64,000 bases of DNA, from positions 40,470 through 104,469 of the forward strand of contig JABWCP010000006.1 of NCBI GenBank assembly GCA_013360215.1. Direction: 5' to 3'. The stretch is from a bacterium. GTDB taxonomy: Bacteria; CLD3; SB21. The position numbers and the translations under genes were made by a program. A model generated the notes under the pieces. It was not told where the DNA came from. It did no database searches and was given only the letters and a program-made list of their open reading frames with translations. Shown one piece after another: positions 38,891 through 48,681 of this stretch. Within the stretch, counting starts at the first letter, position 1, and every line of letters begins with the position of its first letter.

Positions 38891-38988
38891 ATTAAAAAAA
38901 TTTTCAGTTTGTAATAATTTAGTCAAAATTTTGCTTTTAAAGTTTTGATAAAACTTCGTTTATGAGGTGAAATTTTTTATGACAAATT

Positions 38989-39004
38989 TATGACAATTAT
39001 CATA
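38989..39004. promoter_or_regulatory. Palindromic operator copy 1 (TATGA-N6-TCATA)
   Basis: tatgacaattatcata; 26-bp context shared with 40635-40660. Confidence 0.7.
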
Positions 39005-39080
39005 GGGATGGTTTGGTCGTGTGTTTATTTTATATGCGAGATTCAACTCCAAACCAATCCTAAGTAGGAGGTAAAAAGCG

Positions 39081-40430
39081 ATGAGAAGTAACTTGATGAG
39101 ATTTGCAGGCATCGTCGCACTACCATTAGTATTTTTAGCGTTTTTGTTTATCAATAGCTGCGAAGGCCCGAGAGGCCCCGCCGGAGCGGATGGCAAAGAT
39201 GGTACAAATGGCACAAATGGTACCGATGCAAACGAAACATGCAAAACATGCCACAATCCCAATGATGTGGATCGTATCAAAATTGAATTCCAGTTTTCCA
39301 AACATGAATACGGCGAAGCCGCTTTTGAAGAAGCCGGCAATACATCTTGCGCCGTATGCCACACGCAACAAGGATTCCTGTATGTTGTTCAGAACAATGT
39401 TCCGTCAACATTTACGTTGAATGCAGGTACCGGCAAGTACTCCAATAGTTATGCTACTATTTCTTCCCAGGCCTTAGGCGAAATTGGTTGCGGTACGTGC
39501 CATGCCAGTACGCATACGACGTATGGTGCTGCGGATACGGTATTAACGACGAATGCGGCTGTTGCGATGAATATGTGGAAAGGCAATAAGACGATCAATT
39601 TGGCTCAAGACAATGGTCGTTCTAATCTTTGCATCAAGTGCCATCAACCGCGTCCTATGACAAAGAGCACGACGCTCAGTAATGGCGATATCGTCAATTA
39701 TGATTCTTTAGCATTAGATCCGAATCGGATGTTCTATGATTCAACGACGGGTGCTTCCAATACGCATACCTATCCCAGCTATCGCATGCATGTGCACTAC
39801 GGTGTAGTAGGTGCTGTATTTGCAGGTATGGGTGGTGTAGAATTCACAGGATCTAAAACAGTTCAAAGTTCAACGCACACTTCCGTTGCGTCCTGCCAAG
39901 ATTGTCACATGGCGACGGTCAGTGGTCGTGGTGGCGGACACACATTTATGGTGCAGGGTAACTTTAATGGTTGCAATACCTCCGGTTGCCATACCGGCGT
40001 AAGTTCCAGCAACTCTACCTTGTGGACAAATCCTCGGAACACGATCAAAGGTTTGCTCAATACATTGGCTACGAAGATCAATGCGGCCGGCGGCGGAACA
40101 CCGATCCTCCACGCTGACAGTGATACTGAAACCAATTTGTGGGCAGGTTTGACGACAGGCAATTGGGATGGATATCTGAATATATATGATCCTTCATCCA
40201 ATCCCGGCGGGGCATGGAGAAATCCCAATCCAAGCGGCTCATGGACACAAGCTCAAAAAGATGCAAACTTAGCATTACCGAAGTTCCCATCGCTGAAGTA
40301 TGTACAAGTCGGTGCGATGATTAACTTCCAGTTTGCACTGAGAGAAGCCAGCCTCGGTATTCACAACTACAAATATTCGGAAGCTCTGCTGACGAATACG
40401 ATTGAAAAAATGACGGATGCAGGCTTTTAA
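39081..40430 (+). CDS. Multiheme c-type cytochrome lipoprotein (5 CxxCH plus 1 CX4CH) with short collagen-like stalk
   Basis: Lipobox INSC; 7 Gly-X-Y triplets; CKTCH, CAVCH, CGTCH, CIKCH, CQDCH, CNTSGCH; C-terminal SLGIHN helix. Confidence 0.9.
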   Translation: MRSNLMRFAGIVALPLVFLAFLFINSCEGPRGPAGADGKDGTNGTNGTDANETCKTCHNPNDVDRIKIEFQFSKHEYGEAAFEEAGNTSCAVCHTQQGFLYVVQNNVPSTFTLNAGTGKYSNSYATISSQALGEIGCGTCHASTHTTYGAADTVLTTNAAVAMNMWKGNKTINLAQDNGRSNLCIKCHQPRPMTKSTTLSNGDIVNYDSLALDPNRMFYDSTTGASNTHTYPSYRMHVHYGVVGAVFAGMGGVEFTGSKTVQSSTHTSVASCQDCHMATVSGRGGGHTFMVQGNFNGCNTSGCHTGVSSSNSTLWTNPRNTIKGLLNTLATKINAAGGGTPILHADSDTETNLWAGLTTGNWDGYLNIYDPSSNPGGAWRNPNPSGSWTQAQKDANLALPKFPSLKYVQVGAMINFQFALREASLGIHNYKYSEALLTNTIEKMTDAGF

Positions 40431-40455
40431 TTAGTACGATCGTTACGATTCTTCA

Positions 40456-40490
40456 AAGGTCGCTCGCTAAAACGAGCGACCTTATTTTTT
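40456..40490 (+). terminator. Rho-independent terminator
   Basis: aaggtcgctcg-ctaaaa-cgagcgacctt followed by T-rich tail. Confidence 0.8.
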
Positions 40491-40641
40491 ATCTATTTTC
40501 CGCTTTGTTCCACAAATTTTAAGCAAAAACCTTCTGATGCTTAAAATCAAACGACCCATAAGTTGTTAAAACGCTGGTTACATCAGTTTGTTGACTGATG
40601 ATAATTAATGCAAAGTAATGCTGTAATTTTCTTTACAATTT

Positions 40642-40657
40642 TATGACAATTGTCATA
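40642..40657. promoter_or_regulatory. Palindromic operator copy 2
   Basis: tatgacaattgtcata, perfect palindrome. Confidence 0.72.
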
Positions 40658-40774
40658 GGGTGTATTGCGACTTGGGCATATCTTTTGATGAAATAAGTGC
40701 CTTTCTGTATTTTTATTAGCTTTATTTTGACATATAATTTACGACGATTCATGGACTTGAAGCCTGAGGTTGCT

Positions 40775-42148
40775 ATGAATATCAAAAAAAGATTAGTTGG
40801 CTACTTGATAGTGTTGTGCGGCGCAGTCGTACTTTTTGACGCATCAGCCCAAACGCTTTCAACGCGGCTTTCGACATCGGTGTATTCCTGGGAAAATCAG
40901 TATGCGGATTCAACCACACAAAAAAGTTTTCGTGGTTATCAAACGGCGATTTTTCATGCCAACGGGATTTGGAAATCCAATATTTCGTTGCACGGATATG
41001 TAACCGGAAGTTATGATCTGGCCGGTGCGCGGCAGGACAATCCGGATTATCGCGTGTACAATCTTTATGCGCAGTGGAAATCCGATCCGACAAAAAATCA
41101 TCGTTGGGAAGCCCGCGTAGGGCGTCAGCAGGTTTATGCCGGTGTACGCGCACCCTCGATAGATGGTGTCCGTTACGACTTTTATAACGCCGACAAATAC
41201 GGATTTATGGCTTACTACGGTGCACTGCCTCCGGCCGATGGAACTGTAAAAATGGGGCGCCCGGCGGATCGTTCCGCGTTTGGTGCCAAGGTGATGACTT
41301 CCAAGTTGGCGCAAACTCATATGGCCCTAACGTATGTTGAACGACGCAGCATTGGTCAATATTACTATACGATCAATGAGCGCAACGCGGATACCCTCGT
41401 TTACAGTCCGGATTTGGATGAGCGGCTTATCGCTTTTGATGCCAATCGCAATTTTTTCGGAAAGATCAATTGGTTTTATAATGTGACGTACGATGCGTTG
41501 GCTTCCAACGTGCGTAAGATATCTACGGATGTGCAATTCCAACCGTTGCATACGCTGTGGTTTGCCGTACAGTATGCGTACCGCCGACCGGATCTTTATT
41601 ACAATACCATTTTTGCGAAGTTTGATGACATTGATGCCAATCAGGAACTGTGGGTGCGCGGAACGTATCAATTCAATACCGATTGGTCGTTTAACGGTGA
41701 ATATGCCAACGTATTTTACAAAATGAAAGACGCGTGGCGTTACGGTGCGGGTCTCACGTATCAACGTACCAACGTATCTTATCAATGGCGTTTGGGTTAT
41801 GGCGGCACGATCAAACAGATTTCGTTAAGTTCGTATTACCCTGTCCGTCGAAACATGTATTTGTATGGTGGGTTGACTTATGCTACATATGACATGAAAG
41901 ATGACATCACATCGAGCGATTTTTCGTCAAGCAGCACACAAGATATCTACCGTCAGGTATATCAATATACCAATAGTTCCATGACGGCCGTTCTGCGCTG
42001 CAATTATAATCTGATGCAGGCGATGAACGTGGATGTCGAAGGACAATACCTTTCGCAAAACATCAAAACATCGCCGGTTTTTGCCGGATCGAAATATGAC
42101 CTGCGCTTTTTTGTGCGCGCCAATTATTGGTTCTTCAATAAAATATAA
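40775..42148 (+). CDS. Outer-membrane beta-barrel (porin of putative porin-cytochrome complex)
   Basis: Signal peptide; aromatic-rich amphipathic strands; ARVGRQQV; C-terminal FFVRANYWF. Confidence 0.78.
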   Translation: MNIKKRLVGYLIVLCGAVVLFDASAQTLSTRLSTSVYSWENQYADSTTQKSFRGYQTAIFHANGIWKSNISLHGYVTGSYDLAGARQDNPDYRVYNLYAQWKSDPTKNHRWEARVGRQQVYAGVRAPSIDGVRYDFYNADKYGFMAYYGALPPADGTVKMGRPADRSAFGAKVMTSKLAQTHMALTYVERRSIGQYYYTINERNADTLVYSPDLDERLIAFDANRNFFGKINWFYNVTYDALASNVRKISTDVQFQPLHTLWFAVQYAYRRPDLYYNTIFAKFDDIDANQELWVRGTYQFNTDWSFNGEYANVFYKMKDAWRYGAGLTYQRTNVSYQWRLGYGGTIKQISLSSYYPVRRNMYLYGGLTYATYDMKDDITSSDFSSSSTQDIYRQVYQYTNSSMTAVLRCNYNLMQAMNVDVEGQYLSQNIKTSPVFAGSKYDLRFFVRANYWFFNKI

Positions 42149-42166
42149 CTTATAACGGACACTGGT

Positions 42167-43261
42167 ATGAAGAAATTACTCGGAATAATACTCATTACGG
42201 CGGTCGGACTCATGGCCGCTGCCTTGGTTTTCTTTCCTTCTTCGGAGCCGCTCAAAGCTTCGTCGCTGGTGAAAACTTCCGCTCAGATGCAAGATAAGAT
42301 CGGCAGCCGTTATGCGATTATATACAAAGAAGAGGATCGCTCCAAGCTGATCAAACACAGTCACAAGTTTCACGCCACTAAAGGCGGCGCTGAATGTAAA
42401 GACTGCCATGCTTCGATCACTTCTAGTGAAAAAGCGATGGACAGCAATCTTCCCAAAATGGATGCCTGCTACGAATGCCACGACAAAGAAACGACGGACT
42501 GTAAGCTCTGCCATCTTGAGCCCAAAGAACCGTATTCATCCTACAAAGCGCCCAAACGGGAATTGACCTTTAATCACAAGGCGCATCTCGGGATGAAAAA
42601 TGTAAATTGTGAAACCTGCCACAGCGAAATAACTAACAAAGCGTATACCGGCGCACGTACACTGCCTGCGATGGAGTCTTGTATGGGTTGCCATGACGGC
42701 GCACAGGCGAGCAATGATTGTAAAACTTGCCATACGGACATCCGTTTTATCAAACCTGCGGATCATATGGCCGGATTTATTCGTACGCATAAACACGAAG
42801 TGGCTACGCAAGGCGATGCCAACTGCCGCATGTGCCATAGCACCGAATCCTGCGAAGATTGCCATAATGGCGGTAATCTGAATAAAATGAAAAATAGAAA
42901 CGAATTCAGCCCGTCCGGTACACCGTCGGGTATGAGTGAAAATAGCAGTCAGATTATTAGTAAAGCCCATGCACTGGATTTCATTTTCACACACCGTTTT
43001 GATGCCAAGGCTAAAACTTCCGAATGTCAAACCTGCCACGAAGCTGAGAGTTTCTGTGTACAGTGCCACAATAATAATGATAAAATGTCTAAACCGGCTT
43101 GGCATAAGGTAGCTGGTTTTACGTCGGGTGTAGGCGGCGGTTTGCACGCTCAGTTAGCCAAAAAAGATATGGAAAACTGCGTAAGTTGCCATAACATCGA
43201 AGGGCAGGATCCGACTTGTTACACGTGTCATAAAGCCGATGGTTCACTTAAAAATTTCTGA
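42167..43261 (+). CDS. Dodecaheme c-type cytochrome (cytochrome c3-like repeats)
   Basis: 12 CxxCH motifs counted; N-terminal signal/anchor. Confidence 0.93.
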   Translation: MKKLLGIILITAVGLMAAALVFFPSSEPLKASSLVKTSAQMQDKIGSRYAIIYKEEDRSKLIKHSHKFHATKGGAECKDCHASITSSEKAMDSNLPKMDACYECHDKETTDCKLCHLEPKEPYSSYKAPKRELTFNHKAHLGMKNVNCETCHSEITNKAYTGARTLPAMESCMGCHDGAQASNDCKTCHTDIRFIKPADHMAGFIRTHKHEVATQGDANCRMCHSTESCEDCHNGGNLNKMKNRNEFSPSGTPSGMSENSSQIISKAHALDFIFTHRFDAKAKTSECQTCHEAESFCVQCHNNNDKMSKPAWHKVAGFTSGVGGGLHAQLAKKDMENCVSCHNIEGQDPTCYTCHKADGSLKNF

Positions 43262-43271
43262 GGACAGCCAA

Positions 43272-43655
43272 ATGAAAAAGAAAATATTAATAATAATGTT
43301 ATCCCTTTTGGCCTTCGTGGGCTGCAGCGAATCCGAAGATATTGGTAATGTACCCGGCCCACCGGATCCGCCAAAACCATACAGTTATGTAACCGACATA
43401 AAAGCCGTACTTGATGATGGATGTGCATCACCTTGTCATTCGACGGCTGTGAAGCTTGGAAATTATGATTTATCCACGTATGCCGGTGTTTTAGGAAATG
43501 GGTCCGATGCAACACCGAATGCTATACCCGGTGATTCGACCAGTCTTATTATCGTCAAATTAAAATCCGGACATCCTTCAGTTGATGTATCCAGGTTAGC
43601 GATGATATTGCAGTGGGTCTATCAGGATAGCTGCAAAGAGACACTGCCGGACTAA
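43272..43655 (+). CDS. Small lipoprotein with atypical CX3CH heme motif
   Basis: Lipobox FVGC; CASPCH; LSTYAGV...IPGD pattern of planctomycete-type cytochrome c domains. Confidence 0.7.
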   Translation: MKKKILIIMLSLLAFVGCSESEDIGNVPGPPDPPKPYSYVTDIKAVLDDGCASPCHSTAVKLGNYDLSTYAGVLGNGSDATPNAIPGDSTSLIIVKLKSGHPSVDVSRLAMILQWVYQDSCKETLPD

Positions 43656-43680
43656 CAAACGGTTTTTTTTGATAGAGTAG

Positions 43681-43716
43681 AATCCCCGGATGATTTTTCG
43701 TTCGGGGATTTTTTTT
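43681..43716 (+). terminator. Rho-independent terminator
   Basis: aatccccggatg-atttt-tcgttcggggatt followed by T run. Confidence 0.75.
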
Positions 43717-45103
43717 AAACTTTGTACAGCGCTAAACACGTCTGTCGTTCCTGATCCAGATCAATGATAGGATGCGGATAATGGCTGAATAATCCGTTTT
43801 GCCGTTTATCCGGGTCATGTATTTCACGAAGCGAAACATTTTCCAGCTTCGGTACCCATCGCCGAATATATACGGCATCCGGATCAAATTTTTTCCCTTG
43901 GGTCAGAGGATTAAAAATCCGAAAATACGGTGCAGCATCCACACCGGTACCGGCGGCCCATTGCCAGTTACCGTTATTGCTGGATAATTCATAGTCCAAC
44001 AGTTTTTCTGCAAAATACGCCTCGCCTTTACGCCAATCGACATGCAGATGTTTGACCAAAAATGAAGCCACGATCATCCGTACCCGATTGTGCATATATC
44101 CCGTTGCATTAAGTTCACGTATACCGGCATCCACGATGGGATAACCCGTATACCCTGATTTCCATGCTTCAAACCAATCTTCGCGATTAGGCCATACGAT
44201 GCGGTCAAACTGGGCTTGAAAACTACGGATTATGACGTGTGGGAAATGCCAAAGTATCATCATGAAAAATTCACGCCAGATGAGTTCTGACAAAAAAACT
44301 TTAGCCGCCGGCGCCTCATGTTTTGATAGAAAGTCTATAAGCTGGCGAACACTGATCGTACCAAAACGAAGGTGTGGCGCAAGGTGAGAGGTAGCGTTCA
44401 GTCCGGGCAAGTCGCGTTGTGTATCGTATTTTTCGAGGTAATCACCGGTAAATTGTGTCCATTGTTTTTGAGCGGCATCGGAACCGCCGTGTATGATATT
44501 TTCACGCTTAACAAACCCGATCTCTTGCAGCGAATGAATAAGCGGTAGCGACGAAATCAGAGGAGAAAATTTTTTCCATGATATGGATGTATTATCTGTT
44601 ATTGCATTCGGATAAGAATGGGTATACGTATTCAGCCATCGGTTTTTATAAGCAGTAAAAACTTTATAAGGCGTGCCGTCATCTTTTACGATTTCTGATT
44701 TTTCAAAAATGACCTGATCTTTAAAAGAGTGTACAAGGATTCCTTTTTGGGTTAATACCTCCGTTATCGCCGTATCGCGCGCGTTGGCATACGGCTCATA
44801 GTCGTGATTAAAGAATAATGCATCCGTTTTGTTTTCAGAAAATAGCTGCGGAATAACGACTTCTGGTTCACCGTAAAGTATATGTACGGTCGGCGCACCA
44901 TGGGCTTTCAATTTGTTTTGAAGATAGGTGAGCGATTCGTAAATAAAGCTCAATCGTCGGTCATCGGCCGGCAAACGATCCAAAATATGTTTGTCAAATA
45001 TAAAAATAAGTGAAACAAATTGGCTTGCCTTTATAGCGTGGAGAAGCGCCGTATTATCGTCTAATCGTAGATCCCGCCTTAACCAAACAATGCTGTGCTG
45101 CAT
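43715..45103 (-). CDS. phrB: Deoxyribodipyrimidine photolyase (class I/III CPD)
   Basis: WLRRDLRLDDN, ELIWREF, GYMHNRVRM, NNGNWQW, PYFRIFNP. Confidence 0.95.
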   Translation of the reverse strand: MQHSIVWLRRDLRLDDNTALLHAIKASQFVSLIFIFDKHILDRLPADDRRLSFIYESLTYLQNKLKAHGAPTVHILYGEPEVVIPQLFSENKTDALFFNHDYEPYANARDTAITEVLTQKGILVHSFKDQVIFEKSEIVKDDGTPYKVFTAYKNRWLNTYTHSYPNAITDNTSISWKKFSPLISSLPLIHSLQEIGFVKRENIIHGGSDAAQKQWTQFTGDYLEKYDTQRDLPGLNATSHLAPHLRFGTISVRQLIDFLSKHEAPAAKVFLSELIWREFFMMILWHFPHVIIRSFQAQFDRIVWPNREDWFEAWKSGYTGYPIVDAGIRELNATGYMHNRVRMIVASFLVKHLHVDWRKGEAYFAEKLLDYELSSNNGNWQWAAGTGVDAAPYFRIFNPLTQGKKFDPDAVYIRRWVPKLENVSLREIHDPDKRQNGLFSHYPHPIIDLDQERQTCLALYKV

Positions 45104-45361
45104 GCATTTATCTTTTATTTTGAATTTAACTGTGTTCTTGCACTTGCTGTACAAGTTATCGTGCAAACCGAAACCGACGAACCGACCGTTACAATACATC
45201 AAAAACGGTCTGTGATTTTGCTACGAGCTGTGCATGGATGACCTTTTGTGCATGTAATATATAAAATATAATTGTTTAAAAAAACATCGCATATATTAAA
45301 CAATATTTCTTATTTTCAAAACACTTTTAGAAGTGTTTTTTATTGCTTACACTACCACGCT

Positions 45362-47194
45362 ATGATGTACAAAAATTTATCCGACTGTATTGCCGATTTG
45401 GAACGGCACGGTCATTTGATACGCGTTAATGAAGAAGTGGATCCCTATCTTGAGATGGCGGAGATCCAACGACGCGTATATCAAGAACAAGGTCCGGCAT
45501 TATTATTTACCCGCGTCAAAGGGTGTCGTTTCCCGGCTGTTTCCAATCTTTTTGGAACGATGGACCGAACGCGCTTTATGTTTCGCCATACGCTCGCGGC
45601 TGTGCAAAAACTGATCGAATTAAAAGTTGATCCGGCGAATCTGGCCAAACGCCCGTTGCGTTATGCTGGAGTTCCATTTTCAGCGTTGACGATGTTGCCA
45701 TGGAAAAAAAGCAACGGTGCGGTTTTAAAAAATACATGCCGTATCGGTGAGCTTCCGCAAATCACTTGTTGGCCCAAGGATGGCGGGCCGTTTGTCACAT
45801 TGCCGCAGGTTTACTCCGAACATCCGGATCACCCCGGATGGAAAATGTCCAATCTTGGCATGTACCGCATACAAATGGCCGGTAATCAGTATATCCAGGA
45901 TCGTGAGGTCGGCGGCCATTATCAGATTCATCGCGGTATCGGCGTGCACCATGCCGCCGCCATTCGTCGTGGTGAAAAGTTGCGTGTTAGCATTTTTGTC
46001 GGCGGTCCGCCTGCGCACACCTTGGCGGCGGTAATGCCCTTACCCGAAGGTTTATCCGAACTGATGTTTGCGGGTGTACTGACAGGACGGCGTTTTCGTT
46101 ATGGTTACCAAAACGGTCATGCGGTATCCATGGATGCTGATTTTGTGATTACGGGTACTATTGATACGCAAGCGACAAAACCGGAAGGTCCTTTTGGAGA
46201 TCACTTAGGTTACTACAGTCTCACGCACGACTATCCGTACATTGAGGTGGAGCAGGTGTATCACCGGGATGGCGCGGTATGGCCGTTTACCGTTGTCGGA
46301 CGCCCGCCGCAAGAGGATACATCGTTCGGGGATATTATTCATGAAATCACAGGGCCGGTTATACCTACGGTGATCGCCGGTTTGCATGGTGTCAATGCGG
46401 TGGACGGCGCGGGTGTTCATCCGCTGTTACTTGCGATCGGCAGCGAGCGTTATGTGCCTTACGGCGAACGTAAACCGCAGGAACTTCTTACTATCGCCAA
46501 TGCCATTCTCGGTCAGGGGCAACTTTCTTTGGCAAAGTATCTCTTCATCACCGCAAAAGAAGACGATCTGTCGCTTGATGTACATGATATTCCTAAATTT
46601 TTGCAACACGTACTTTCACGGGTGCGTTGGGAGGAGGATCTGCATTTTCAGACACGAACGACGATTGATACATTGGATTATTCAGGTTTCGGTTTTAATC
46701 AAGGGTCTAAAGTGGTGATAGCATCCGCGGGTAAAGTCCGTCGCTTATTGGCAAGTCAGGTGCCTTCGGAATTAAAATTACCGGAGGGTTTTTCCGATGC
46801 GCACGTTATTTTACCGGGCATTGTTGCCGTCAGAGGAGCCCAATATTCCGACCGCGTAGCCGCCCGAAAAGCCATTCGTGTTTTATGCGAATATTTGGAA
46901 CATCAGAGAGATTTGGAAAACTTGCCATTATGGATAGTTTGTGATGATGTGACGTTAGTCAAAGCACAACTCAACAATTTTCTGTGGGTGACTTTTACGC
47001 GTTCCGATCCGGCGGCTGATATGGACGGAGCGGGTGCTTTTGTGGAGGATAAACATTGGGGTTGCAGGGGACCTCTGGTTATTGACGCACGGATCAAACC
47101 GCATCACGCACCGCCGCTTATCGAAGATCCCGATGTCACGCGTCGTGTGGATGCATTGGCTGAAAAAGGAAAAAGTTTGTACGGTATTATTTAA
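45362..47194 (+). CDS. UbiD-family (prFMN) decarboxylase
   Basis: NLGMYR, EGPFGDHLGYY, VGRPPQED. Confidence 0.93.
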   Translation: MMYKNLSDCIADLERHGHLIRVNEEVDPYLEMAEIQRRVYQEQGPALLFTRVKGCRFPAVSNLFGTMDRTRFMFRHTLAAVQKLIELKVDPANLAKRPLRYAGVPFSALTMLPWKKSNGAVLKNTCRIGELPQITCWPKDGGPFVTLPQVYSEHPDHPGWKMSNLGMYRIQMAGNQYIQDREVGGHYQIHRGIGVHHAAAIRRGEKLRVSIFVGGPPAHTLAAVMPLPEGLSELMFAGVLTGRRFRYGYQNGHAVSMDADFVITGTIDTQATKPEGPFGDHLGYYSLTHDYPYIEVEQVYHRDGAVWPFTVVGRPPQEDTSFGDIIHEITGPVIPTVIAGLHGVNAVDGAGVHPLLLAIGSERYVPYGERKPQELLTIANAILGQGQLSLAKYLFITAKEDDLSLDVHDIPKFLQHVLSRVRWEEDLHFQTRTTIDTLDYSGFGFNQGSKVVIASAGKVRRLLASQVPSELKLPEGFSDAHVILPGIVAVRGAQYSDRVAARKAIRVLCEYLEHQRDLENLPLWIVCDDVTLVKAQLNNFLWVTFTRSDPAADMDGAGAFVEDKHWGCRGPLVIDARIKPHHAPPLIEDPDVTRRVDALAEKGKSLYGII

Positions 47195-47231
47195 GTTTCG
47201 GATTCATTGAACGGTTAACTTTTGGAGCATC

Positions 47232-48026
47232 ATGGAAATCAATTGCCTGCACATTGCCGATATTTTTGCACAATCCGGTTTGGATATGGTCACAGAAACG
47301 CTGCCCAAACTCATCAAGGAACGTGACATTCATTTTGTTGTGGCAAACGGTGAAAATACGCTCGAAGGTAAAGGTATAACCGAAGGGCAATGCCAGCATC
47401 TTTTTAATCTCGGCGTACATGTGATCACCAGCGGTAACCATATTTGGGATCGAAAGAAAACATTTTATGCGGAAAACCCGTTGATTCAAAAATACTTACT
47501 TCGCCCGCTCAATTATCCTGTGGGCAATGAAGGTCGTGGTTCGACGGTATACGAATTAAAAAATGGCCTCAAAATCGGTGTGATCAATCTGCAAGGGCGA
47601 ACCTATATGTATGACATAGATTGCCCTTTTCGCGTCGGTGAACGCGAAATTGAAAAACTTCAGGATGAAACCAATATCATTATTGTAGATTTTCATGCGG
47701 AAGCGACCGCTGAAAAAATTGCGTTTCGTCATTATGTTGACGGGCGTGTGAGTGCTGTGATCGGGACACATACGCATGTACAAACGGCGGATGAAATGAT
47801 CACCCCATCCGGCACGGCGTATATTACCGATGCCGGTATGACGGGCCCGCACGACGGTGTGATCGGTATGCAAAAAGAGCCCACGGTAAAAAAATTTATA
47901 CTCCAAACGTACTTCAAATTTGAGCCCTCCAAAGGGGATGTGCGCTTTCACGGCTTGTTTTTTAAGGTTAATGTCGAAACCGGGCGTGCAACCTATGTCG
48001 AACGTGTGCGCATAGACAAACCATAA
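47232..48026 (+). CDS. ymdB: YmdB-family metallophosphoesterase
   Basis: ANGEN, TSGNH, DFHAEATAEK, GTHTHVQTAD, TDAGMTGP. Confidence 0.92.
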   Translation: MEINCLHIADIFAQSGLDMVTETLPKLIKERDIHFVVANGENTLEGKGITEGQCQHLFNLGVHVITSGNHIWDRKKTFYAENPLIQKYLLRPLNYPVGNEGRGSTVYELKNGLKIGVINLQGRTYMYDIDCPFRVGEREIEKLQDETNIIIVDFHAEATAEKIAFRHYVDGRVSAVIGTHTHVQTADEMITPSGTAYITDAGMTGPHDGVIGMQKEPTVKKFILQTYFKFEPSKGDVRFHGLFFKVNVETGRATYVERVRIDKP

Positions 48027-48140
48027 CTCATTTCTTATCAAGCTTTAACAGCATTGCATCCGCGGATGGAACTTTTTTGGGGGCGGTGAAGTTTAATTGA
48101 TAGGTTCTTGAAAGGAACTTTTTTCCCAAAGGAGAGCGCG

Positions 48141-48512
48141 ATGGCTAAGATTTGTGTCATAGAAGATGAGCCGAATCTAAGGCTATTGTATCGTTCTGAG
48201 TTTGAAAGAATGGGGCACGAAGTCATTTGCCACGCCAATGGGCGCGAAGCTTACCGATCACTTCCGGTTGATCAGCCCGATCTGATCATCCTTGATATCA
48301 TGATGCCTGAAGGCGATGGTTTGGAGTTTCTCTCAAATGTACTGGTTATGCATGTTGGCATACCGGTGATTATCAATTCAGCGTACGCGCAGTTTAAAAA
48401 TGATTTCGTCAGTTGGGCGGCTGAGGCGTATGTCGTCAAGTCCAGCGATTTAAGTGAACTGAAAGAGCAAGTCCATCGCGTTCTCTTCAAGTTTTCAATG
48501 GCCACCGCGTGA
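48141..48512 (+). CDS. Single-domain response regulator
   Basis: IEDE, LDIMMP, YVVKS; SD aaggag. Confidence 0.9.
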   Translation: MAKICVIEDEPNLRLLYRSEFERMGHEVICHANGREAYRSLPVDQPDLIILDIMMPEGDGLEFLSNVLVMHVGIPVIINSAYAQFKNDFVSWAAEAYVVKSSDLSELKEQVHRVLFKFSMATA

Positions 48513-48569
48513 TCCATAGATGGGCACGCCTTAATTCACGCCTTATCATAAGGCGCGTGAGTCTTACTC

Positions 48570-48599
48570 ATCCCGCTGTCGTCACAGCGGGATTTTTTA
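48570..48599 (+). terminator. Rho-independent terminator
   Basis: atcccgctgt-cgtc-acagcgggat followed by T run. Confidence 0.8.
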
Positions 48600-48681
48600 T
48601 TGAGCTTCTCTTAAGGTTTGGGTACATTTTAGTCGCACTTAACATATCACGAGATTATACATAATAACAGGAGATGAATCT

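Noticed and set aside
39081..40430. nrfA nitrite reductase
   Set aside because: No CxxCK motif and no nrfH or nrfBCD neighbours
48525..48560. cacgcctta direct repeat with an inverted copy, considered as an ncRNA or operator
   Set aside because: Too short, lies just before a normal terminator, and has no second occurrence to support it
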